Below the pieces are notes generated by a model. The model ran no database searches. It worked only from the letters and a program-made list of their open reading frames with translations, and was not told the origin of the DNA. This document shows positions 12,675 through 22,305 of a DNA stretch of 64,000 nt, in pieces. The translations under genes were made by a program, and so were the position numbers. This stretch comes from Podospora anserina (Eukaryota). The stretch covers positions 3,286,001 to 3,350,000 of the forward strand of contig CM030332.1 of assembly GCA_017654855.1 (NCBI GenBank), in the 5' to 3' direction. The first letter of the stretch is position 1, and each line of letters starts with the position of its first letter.

Positions 12675-14622
12675 TTAGTGGTGGAACAGACGAATGTTTT
12701 GCTCCACAAAGGTGATGCCCAGCTTCTCGGCCGTCTCGAACACGGGAATGTCGTTTTGGCTGCCGAGGGGAGCGGCAATGTACTTGACGCCCGATCGGGA
12801 GGCGCGGTAGACATTGTCGGTGAAGGGGAACTGTTTTCACTCTTGTTAGTAGCTGCTTTTTGAGTGTTCAGAACAGGAAAAAAACCTACGAAAGCATCGC
12901 TGGAGACAACAACATCGGTAAGCTTGCCGAGCCACTCAGTCTTCTCCTCCTCGGTGAAGGCGGCAGGGACCTCCTCGAAGAAGCCCTCAAAGGCCTCACG
13001 CTCAGGGCCGGACTTGGGGACCTGACCACTGACGAGCAGGTCAATGGCGTTGCTCTTGTCGGGGCGCTTGGTGCCCTTCTTCCACTTGATGCCCAGGACG
13101 CGGGGGTGGAAGCGGAGCCACCAGTTGTCGGCCTTGTCACCGGCAAGACGGGTGCAGTGGATTCTGGACTGCTGGCCAGCGCCGAGACCAACAACCTGGC
13201 CCCTAGCAGCGTAGCAGACAGAGTTGCTCTGAGTGTACTTGAGAGCAATGGTGGCGACAGTCAAGTCACGCTGGGCGGTCTCGGAAAGAGGCCCGGCGTT
13301 CTTGGGGGTGATGATGTTGCGGAAGGTCTCGGGCGAGATCTCGACGTCGTTGCGGCCCTGGGCGAGGGTGATGCCGTAGACGGTTCTGGTCTCGGACTTG
13401 GAGGGCTCAAACTCGGGGTCCATCTGGAGGACGAGGTACTTGCCGCCCTTCTTCTTCTTGAGGATCTCAAGAGCAGCGGGCTCGTACCCGGGGGCGATAA
13501 CACCGTCGGAAACCTCCTTGGAGATGATGCTGGCGGTGGGGACATCGACAATGTCGGAAAGAGCAATCATGTCGCCGAAGCTGCTCATGCGGTCGGCACC
13601 TCTGGCGCGGGCATAAGCCTGAGCGAGACCGGAGCTCTCAATGCCGGGGATATCGTCAACCATGTAAACCTTGCGCTCCTCGGCGGTCAAGGGCTCGCCG
13701 ATGGCAGCACCGGCGGGAGAAACGTGCTTGAAGCTGGCGGCAGCGGGCTTGCCGAGGGCCTTCTTGAGCTCCTTGACCAAAGGCCAGCTGTTGAGGGCAT
13801 CGAGAAGGTTGATGTAGCCGGGGGCACCGCCGAGAACCTTGAAGGGAAGCTCACCCTCCTTGACGTAGGCGGAAGCGGGCTTCTGGTGAGGGTTGGCGCC
13901 GTAGCGGAGGGGAAGGTACTGGAGGCCGGTAGCGTACTGCTTGCGGAAGAACTCGGAGATGGCGGCATCGTAGTCGGCGGTGTGCTCGAAGGCCTTGAGG
14001 GCATAGAGTTTCCTGGTCTCCTCCTTGACCTCACCGGCCTCGATCTCTCTGAGGAACTCGGCGTAGTCCCTGGGGTCGCTGAGGATGGTGACGCGAGAGT
14101 GGTTCTTGGCCGCGGCGCGGATCAGAGTAACACCGCCGATATCGATCTCCTCGACCGCCTCGGGAACGGTGACATTGATCTTGGCAACCGTGTCCTTGAA
14201 GGGGTACAGGTTGCAGATGACATAGTCGACCTTGTCAATGTTTTGCTCGGCGAGGTCCTTCTCGTCCGAACCGAGGTTGCGAGCCAGGATGCCGGCGTGA
14301 ACGGCGGGGTGGAGAGTCTTGACACGGCCACCGAGCATCTCAGGGGCCTTGGTGATGGCAGAGATGTCCCTGGAGAAGAAGCCACACTGTCAGCCACTTT
14401 CTCCCAAAATGACTCACCCATGAAGCCGAAGCTGGGTGACCGATCTCGAAGTAGGGAGGGTGAGGGCACTCACTCGACAGGGAAACCAGACTCCCTGATC
14501 ATCTTGGAAGTGCCGCCGGAAGCGAGGATGCGCACATTGTTCTGGACAAGGCCCTTGGCCAAGTCCAACAGTCCCGTCTTGTCATAGACAGAGACAATCG
14601 CAATTCTTTGGGAGCCGGCCAT
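12675..14622 (-). CDS. ADE17: Bifunctional AICAR transformylase/IMP cyclohydrolase (PurH/ATIC; ADE16/17), 3 exons
   Basis: [49 protein letters not shown], and C-terminal IRLFHH*. Introns 14370-14473 and 12831-12889. Confidence 0.96.
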
Positions 14623-15350
14623 GGTGACTAGAGTGTATGTTGCGCGGGGCAATCTGTGATCGTGAAAGAAACCAGGAAGGTTTGTCAAGGTCAGTCAACT
14701 CTTCTCTCTTTCTTGATCATGTATGACGTGTGTGTGTCACTCACTGTCTTCCACACCAGAGGAGCAAAGCTTACCAGTTGTGTTTCTCTCTACCAACTCT
14801 CTGGATGTTACAAAGAAGAGAAGAAAAAAAAAAAAGAGAGAGAATCAATCACACCATGCAGAGGCTCGCCTCGTCTAGAGGAGTCTAATATTTTTTTGCG
14901 ACACCTCCTGCCCGTCCCATACCCCCCTCTTCCGTCACTCCCCTATCAACGCTAATGGAGGGGTAGCTACGGGTGCAATCTGCCCCACGATTCGCCGTGA
15001 TCGGGCATGGCCCCACACTTGAAGCAACAGGAAGTGCATCCACCAGACTTATGTAATTGCCGGGCTAGTCTCGATTGGACTGTGGGCTGGTATAAAAATC
15101 TCTTGCTGTGCCATTTTCCACACGGCGAGTCTCGCATCTTCAACCTGTTTTGGTGGTGATGTCGATGATGGGTTGCCACCACAGCCCTTGGAGCTTCAAT
15201 TGATTGACTTTTGACTTCAATTGAAGCTTCCTTCCCTGTTGTTTGGGACCTGGAGCAACCCACCGCCCGACAGCCAGCCAAAACCTTGTGCCAGACCGGC
15301 GCACAGCTGCGTCGACTGCTGACAGTCCGCACCTGCTCCCATCAGCCCTT

Positions 15351-15356
15351 TATATA
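15351..15356 (+). promoter_or_regulatory. TATA box of the U6 gene
   Basis: TATATA about 29 nt upstream of the inferred U6 5' end (15380). Confidence 0.7.
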
Positions 15357-15379
15357 CCAGTGCTCTGCAGCAGGACTTC

Positions 15380-15540
15380 GCCCTTTGGGGCATTTGGTCA
15401 ATTTGTAAGTTTGGCTCAACCATCTGCTTCTCACTTTGCCAATAAAACTAACCTCTCTCCCAGGAAACGATACAGAGAAGATTAGCATGGCCCCTGCACT
15501 AAGGATGACACGCTACTCAAAGAGATGCTAAAGATTTTAT
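15380..15540 (+). ncRNA. U6: U6 spliceosomal snRNA with a spliceosomal intron (15405-15463)
   Basis: 5' hairpin GCCC-TTTG-GGGC, then ATTTGGTCAATTT | GTAAGT..ACTAAC..CCCAG | GAAACGATACAGAGAAGATTAGCATGGCCCCTGCACTAAGGATGACACGC. This contains the ACAGAGA box (15472-15478), AGC triad (15484-15486) and internal stem-loop, and ends in T-tracts. Spliced length is about 100 nt. Confidence 0.96.
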
Positions 15541-15640
15541 TTTTTATTTTTGACGTTTCTATGTCCCCGATATGTTCAGCAATCACCTCGAGATTCCTGC
15601 TCAGAGGCCAGGTAGGTGGTTGACTTGAAGGAGGTCGAGC

Positions 15641-15650
15641 GTTCGAGTCC
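15641..15650 (+). promoter_or_regulatory. Pol III B box (GTTCGAGTCC) downstream of U6
   Basis: Matches GTTCRANNC about 100 nt after the U6 terminator, as in the S. cerevisiae SNR6 layout. Confidence 0.7.
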
Positions 15651-16064
15651 AGCCTGGATCGTCTTCATCCCGCTTTTTTTTCTCAACACCACTTGCTCCC
15701 ACTCCCAGTGACCCTCCCCTTCCCCCCCCCGGCATTAGTGTGTACAGCTCTGAGCAACTTCCCCGTACTCTTTTAGCTGAAGGATAATTCTTCGTGCCAA
15801 GAACAAACCCCCCATGCCTTGCTATTACCAAACACCTCTGTTCTTTCAACATAGACTCAAGGTGCATGAAAGCCGGGCAACATATTCCCAATCACCTCCA
15901 GACAAGAATCTTGATATTTAGCATCAACAGAAAAATACAAAGCGAATACCCAAAAACTGCATCATCCAACGCCTCCCAATGCCTTTGTTGTTTTGTTTCC
16001 CATAAAATATTCAGAAAGAACCAGCACCATTTTTTTTTTCCAGCCCTTTGATCAGACATCAAGC

Positions 16065-18173
16065 TCACTCTTGATACAACCTCCCCAGCAACCCCTTCTC
16101 GCCAACCCCCCTCCTCTCCTCATCCTCCGCAATCTTCAAAATCAGCTCCCCAAACAACCCATTAGCCCACCCGAACCAGCTCCTCGTAAAGTCAAACTCG
16201 CGCCACGCGTTCACCGTTTCATGGATAACCCCGGCGCCCGAAGTCGAATTAAGCACCATCAACATCTGCTCCCCAACCACCCTCCCCCTCTCCTCATCCG
16301 AAAACCCAGCAAGGTCCTCAAACGCCGTCAGCGCCGCCACCGTAGCAGCCATCGGCCACCCCTTTCCAGGACCAAGATGAGGACCGCCCACGGCCGAAAG
16401 CGCAGGACCCTTGGCATAATACGGGTTGGCCATGCTCAGCACAAACTTGCGAGTGTTTTGGTAAATCTTGGCATAGTCATGCTTGGCTTCTTCCTCCTCG
16501 TCCTTCTCCTTCTCCGAGTTCTTCTCAATCGTACCGTTGCGCGCGCCGAGGCTCTTGTTCACAGACTTGACCATGCGTGGCGTCGTCGAGGTCTTGGTGT
16601 TGGTGTAATTCCACAAGGGGAAGGCCAGCAGAGATGGAACATTGGCATCGTCCATCAAGTTGGCACCGCCATACCCATCAACTTCGTACGCAAAAATCTC
16701 GCCAAAGTCGCGGTGCTTGACAACGGCGTCTTTGGCAATGCCGTGGCGGATAGTCTTGGCCAGCTTGCGCATCTCTGTCGTAAGATTAGCAGCCTTGGGG
16801 TTGAGTTTCTGCTCGGCGAGCCCCTCCATGATCGCAGACGCCTGCTCGAGGTAGGCAGCAAACATCATGTTACTGGGAGTCAAAAGCTGGAAGATGCAGG
16901 CGTCATCGCTAGGTCTAAAGGCAGATCGAACCATGCCGTTCTCCTTGACGGGGTTACCGAGGCCGTCATTCGTCAAGGTCTCGGAGCCACGGTTGGTGTA
17001 CCCCGTAAAAGTCCAGGCCGACGGCAAGACGTGTCCCTCCTCATCGTATGTCCCGAGACGCATGGCGGCTGAAGCATCAACAGCCGCTTCCACAGCGTTG
17101 ACCCAGGAGTACCTGGAGAAGAACTTGAGGTCGTCGGTCCGGGTATAGTAAGCGGCGCTGATCTGGAGGAACGAAGCCAAGCTGTCCAGCTCCCACTTGC
17201 AGTCAAACACCAGCTTGGGGTTGTAAGGAGGCTGCGGGTTGTTCTGGTGGAAAGCACCATTGTGCGTCGGAGGAATGCCGCTCTCGGGAGGTGGCTGGAA
17301 CGAATGGCAGTAGGGCGAAATGACAATGTATCGAGAGTGTGAGTTGATCAACCCACGCCACAGACTGGCCAGGGAATCAAACTTGTCAGACGGCTCCAGC
17401 AACGGCAGATACGAATAAATCTGACTGGCAGAGTCACGGAGCCACATGGCGTCAATATCACCCGTGATCACATAGGTGAGCTCCTCATCCGTCATCACCG
17501 TCTGCACCTCGTTAGAGCCTTCTTCTCCCGAGCCGCCTTCCACCGTCTTGTTGGCATATCCACGCCATTTGACCATGGTGTCGAGCGTGTTCGGGTAGCT
17601 GTTCTCAAACAGACGATAGAGATCCGGGTCCTTGATCACCTTCTTCATGCGCTCAAGCAGAGCTTCAAGAGCGGGCAGCCGGAAAGTCCTGCACTCGGGG
17701 GGCGGGCGCACAAATGGGAACTTGCGCTTGCCTTCAGAGTGCGGTCCCGGCTTCTGTCTCTGCAGCTGTTCGAACCCGATACAGTCAACCTTGGCTGTGG
17801 CAGCCGGTCCGGCCTCTTCAGTGGTCGCGAACTGGTTCCCAAAGTCGGCCAGCCCAACGTCGCTATCGTCACCTTCTGCCGGAGGGACCTTGGTGGTCTC
17901 GGGCTTGGTAGGCGTGGCTCCATGTTCTTCGGTGACATCGTCTTCGCGCTCAGCAGAGCCTGCCGGGTTCGTGTTTGGGTGTGCTACTTGGCCACTGTCG
18001 TGGTGGTGAGGGGTAACATGTTCGGGAACTTTTGGAGCGTGTAAATCGAGCGTCTCCTGCCTGGGCGTGGCTATCGGGGACTGGTACCCAAGCCAGAATA
18101 TGATGACGGTCAAGAGGAGAGCGATACCGATGACTCTCCCCCTCCGGTTGCCGGTGAGAAATGGGACGACCAT
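16065..18173 (-). CDS. GH125 (DUF1237) exo-alpha-1,6-mannosidase-like protein with N-terminal membrane anchor
   Basis: Single 702-aa ORF with FENSYPNTLDT, ITGDIDAMWLRDS, KWELDSL, FRPSDDAC, MDDANVPSLL and FTRSWFGWAN. TM segment VIGIALLLTVIIFWLG. Confidence 0.9.
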   Translation of the reverse strand: MVVPFLTGNRRGRVIGIALLLTVIIFWLGYQSPIATPRQETLDLHAPKVPEHVTPHHHDSGQVAHPNTNPAGSAEREDDVTEEHGATPTKPETTKVPPAEGDDSDVGLADFGNQFATTEEAGPAATAKVDCIGFEQLQRQKPGPHSEGKRKFPFVRPPPECRTFRLPALEALLERMKKVIKDPDLYRLFENSYPNTLDTMVKWRGYANKTVEGGSGEEGSNEVQTVMTDEELTYVITGDIDAMWLRDSASQIYSYLPLLEPSDKFDSLASLWRGLINSHSRYIVISPYCHSFQPPPESGIPPTHNGAFHQNNPQPPYNPKLVFDCKWELDSLASFLQISAAYYTRTDDLKFFSRYSWVNAVEAAVDASAAMRLGTYDEEGHVLPSAWTFTGYTNRGSETLTNDGLGNPVKENGMVRSAFRPSDDACIFQLLTPSNMMFAAYLEQASAIMEGLAEQKLNPKAANLTTEMRKLAKTIRHGIAKDAVVKHRDFGEIFAYEVDGYGGANLMDDANVPSLLAFPLWNYTNTKTSTTPRMVKSVNKSLGARNGTIEKNSEKEKDEEEEAKHDYAKIYQNTRKFVLSMANPYYAKGPALSAVGGPHLGPGKGWPMAATVAALTAFEDLAGFSDEERGRVVGEQMLMVLNSTSGAGVIHETVNAWREFDFTRSWFGWANGLFGELILKIAEDEERRGVGEKGLLGRLYQE

Positions 18174-18847
18174 GGGTGTCTTCAGGTGGCGGCCGCCGGT
18201 TGGACAAGTTGTCCACGACCGAGTGGTGGGTCGAACAGATTATCCAACTTGGTGAGTGAGTGGCATGTAACGATATCGTAATGACCACCAGAGGCCAGAA
18301 CACAGCAAATTTCACCGCAAGAGCAGGTGAAGTTGACGAGGCAGAAACATGGAATTTGTGGCAAAAAGAAAAAGAAACAATCCCGGGTTTTCTCGTCAGG
18401 CCCCAAAATTCCCAGAAAGGGAGGAAGTCACGACAGGACCCCAGCTTGTTCATCGCATCTTGCTGTCCAGCCAGCTTCTTGGCGAGGTCTTGTTCTGGCC
18501 ACTTATAGGCTTGGGAATGGGACAAGCGGTGGGTTGGTCCAATAGACTGTGGTGGCCCAGAGGCAGGGATGTTCAGCCTGACTCTAACCCCTGAACCACA
18601 GCGGCCGTTGGAGATGCCGAGTGCCGATTCCTGAGAATACTCCGCAGTAGCCTCACTTACATGGCGCAACAGAAATGTCGGATGAATCATATTGCTTCTA
18701 AGTATATCGTGTTCCTTTCTCTAGATTACGCGAGAACCGTTGTCTGTCTGTCTATCCCATCAAAAACAAAAACTCCTTTTTCCTTGTTGCCGGGTATTGG
18801 ACTATTATCCTCCAGAGCCATACTCGCCATTATTACCATGCAGAATC

Positions 18848-18893
18848 TCACCGAGACAAGTCCTCACTGCTACTAGACTGCAACTCTTCCTCC

Positions 18894-18943
<50 letters not shown>

Positions 18944-21049
18944 CTCTTCCTCCCCCTCATCACCTGTCACTTCCTTCTTCTTAGGCTTCCAAGCCGGAAC
19001 ATCCTCACACCCCTTGGGAACCCGACAAAGACCCCTCACATCACACGTCTTCCACAAAACCTCCTTCACCTCCCTAAACACCTGCTCCGGCGCATCCATC
19101 GCCCAAATCACATCCAAATGCTCATACCCCGGAATGACCTTCTGATGCACCACCTCCACATGTGGCTCCCTCCCCCTCTCAAACCGCCTCAGCAACTTTT
19201 CTCCATCCACCAAATCATCATCCCCCGCCACCCAAAGCGCAAAAGGCGGCGCCCTCTCATCATACCAAGCCGTGCTCCCCTTCCTCCTCCTCCCCTTTTT
19301 TCTTTTCCTCCCCCCCCCACCACCATCAGCCATATCCCTATCTACCTCGCCCAAAACCCCCTCTTCCCCAACCTCCCCATCCTCCCTCTCCTCAGCCCTC
19401 CACTCCTCCTTTGTACTCAGTATGCACTTGTGCCTCGCAAAGCACTCCCTCCCCAACCACCACCTCATACTCTCGCTACTAACAAAAACCGGCGCAAACC
19501 TGAACATCCTGTCCCTCAACCCCCTATCCCACCTCCCATCCCCCCACCCAAACAAGAAGCCGAAAACCTTGTACCCCAACCAGCCATACACCCTCCCGTT
19601 TAGTCGCCTGTGCATCTCCATCATGAACGGAATAAACGCGTGAATCCCAAAAAAGACCCTGAAAAACCCCGGGCTTATGACCCTCATGAATTTAAAATAC
19701 ATCTTCCCAATCAACGGCCCCGCATACGCCGCCGGAGCCAACCCGCAAAAAACCGTTATTCTGTCTCCGAGGTCAGGTCGCTGCTCTTTTGCCAGCGCGA
19801 CCAGGGCTTGCGTCGTGCCCTGCGAGTGGCAGATCAGTCCTGTTTTTGAAAACCCCGTCTCGTAGCACACACGGGAGATCAAAGCCGGGAGGTCAAAGAC
19901 GCCCATTTGGCGGATGTTCCAGGCCCACATCCTCGGGTCGGAGTACTTCAGTAGCGTGTGCTTTGGCGTGAAACCGCAGCGGTTGTTGCCCAGCCAGACG
20001 TCATACCCTGCCTTGGCGAGTAGAAAAGCCAGGGAGTCGTCATCGTTGACGCAGTACGCCCCCGAGGATTGCAGTAAGCCGTGGATCAACAGCACCGGGA
20101 ACTTCGCTGGAGAGGATGGGGGTTTCCTCGGGGGTGTGAAGGTCTCCGGGCCGCGATGGGCACGTTCGCAAGCCGGCAAGGGGGTGTGCTCCTTCGGATC
20201 GTAGACATGCCAGAGGTCGATGAGGAAACCGTCTTCCGTCTGGACTTCAAAGGGTTCGATATCGAGGCCTACTCTTCTGGCGTAGTAGGCTGGGTCGCAG
20301 ACCAAGGGGTCGGGGCCGCCTTCGGTGGGGGGGTAGGGGGTTTTACCTGATGGGCGGTGGCCGGATAACCAGGCTTCTTCTTGCCGTTTCCTGATCTCGG
20401 CCCGGCGGGTTTCTTCCTTGTAAAAGGGGCGGGAGGAAGCGTCGGGGTTGCGAAGGGTGACGAGTCGCCAGAGGTGTTGGACCGAGGGGCCGATGGAGGT
20501 GAATAGCGCGCCGAGGACGATGACAGCTAAGAAACCGAGGGAGAGGAAGAAGGAGGTGAATCGGAAGATGAGACACTGGATGTGGGTCATAAGGGAAGGG
20601 GGGCCGTATAAAGGTAGAGGGGGGAACAAGGGGTTGGTGTGGGATGGTGGCATCGACCTTTTGAGGCTGGCGTCGGTCGATCTTTTGTGTGGGGAGGTGC
20701 CATTTTGCTGCTGGGAGAGGGCAATGGCTTTTTCTTCGTTGGGGGATTGGATTGTGTGGTGGTGGGTTGGTTCGAGTTGTGTTTCGAGTTCTTCTCGCAA
20801 GACGTTGAGCTTGTGAGCTTCTTGGACCGGGACGGTTGGGAGCCGGTGGCCGTCGGCTGTTACTATCACCGTGTCGTGGGGGGTTACGAATTGGGCTTCG
20901 ACCGCGATGGCGACGTGGTTGCCTTGTTCTGGTGGGAGGAGAGAGAGCTTTTCTGATTGCTCGGCGAACTCGACGGCTGTTTTGGCGAGTTCGTTTTCGT
21001 CTATGGCGCCTGGTGGTGAGGACTGGGTGAGGGTTGCTTGGACAGCCAT
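18848..21049 (-). CDS. Alpha/beta-hydrolase lipase, sterol esterase (Yeh1/Yeh2/Tgl1-like)
   Basis: 733-aa ORF with VQTEDGFLI, LLIHGLLQSSG, GYDVWLGNNR, nucleophile elbow CHSQG and YEHLDVIWA. One TM segment and a poly-Glu tail. Confidence 0.88.
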
Positions 21050-22305
21050 GGCTGAAGGTGAGGGTGGCTTAGTCTCCCTCTGAACGGGGAATATATTGCT
21101 GATATTATACAGATTGAACCGATTGGAAAGAAAATACCGTCATGATAGTAGAACAACAGGTGTCTAGATCTTGAAGGAACCGCCCGTCTCACAAACAGAA
21201 AAAACATCAATGAGACTCGAGGCATGCTATACTCCATCCCCACATGCCAGACGTCATTTGTGGCTGCAGTTACTAAACGGGACAAAAACGGTCTCGTTCC
21301 GGAGAAACCAGCCACTGTCGACAAGACTTTCCCCCTCTTGCGATCGAAACTGAAAAGGATAAACCATCCACATCGAGCGAAATGCAGGGTCACAAACAAG
21401 CTTCTTATCATGACATGGAAAGATGGATGTCAAGGGAAAAAATAACCCCCTGCGTCACCATGCAGCTGGGAGCATGGGCGTGGGGGTTGACAGGGCCTTG
21501 CGATTGGTTTAGGTCTATTTCAGGCATGTGAAGATCGTTGATCACAGTGGGGCTCTGCTGGGTGGGTGGCTGACAGCACAACCCTTGGGCTTGGGACTTG
21601 GGATGAACCTGAACCGTCATCAACAACAACAAGTGGAAAATATTTCCCATGGACAAGAAATCTGAATGATCGAGAGGTCGTGCCTGCTATTCGTTCTCCC
21701 AAAGATCGGCATAGATGTCGTGCATAATGAGACAAGTGACCACAAGTGACCCGGAACACTGGGTACCTGTCTGTTGAACTGAACATTGGACGTCTGGCAG
21801 GCTGGCACGAAAGAGCAAGACATATCATGGTGTGAAAAGTAAAAGACTAACCCGACAAGCCTATTTCGTAACATCATGCCGTTCTTCTAGCCTAGACACT
21901 ACATAACGTGAACCCAAAGAGAAGGGTTAGGGTTACCCTAGTCCCGGCTGGGTAAGCGGATCCGCGAATAGCCAATGCCATATGCCGAGGTGAAAGGAAG
22001 CCGAAGCCACACCACCAGCTGCTGCTGGGTTCACCACCACCAAAACAGGCGGGTCTACTTTCGCGCTGAGAGTCTCCTCGAATGCTTTAAACCCCAGAGG
22101 CCATTGGGTGTTCCTAGTCAGCAGCTGCATTGCTCTGCTACCTCCTCATTCTCACATAACCATCATCTAATTTTTCCCAACCACAACTGCCGAAACCGTT
22201 CATGTACCTTGCTGGACCGCCCCTACCCTACCCACACCACGACACCACGCGACGCTCGGAAGCCATAACCCCCACGACAACGTCGCACCGCGCGAACTTC
22301 CAACC

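Noticed and set aside
21923-21936. TAACCCTAACCC on the minus strand as a telomerase RNA template
   Set aside because: Under 0.9 kb remains before the lipase ATG, whereas filamentous-ascomycete telomerase RNAs are about 2 kb, and no pseudoknot or CR4/5 element was recognisable.
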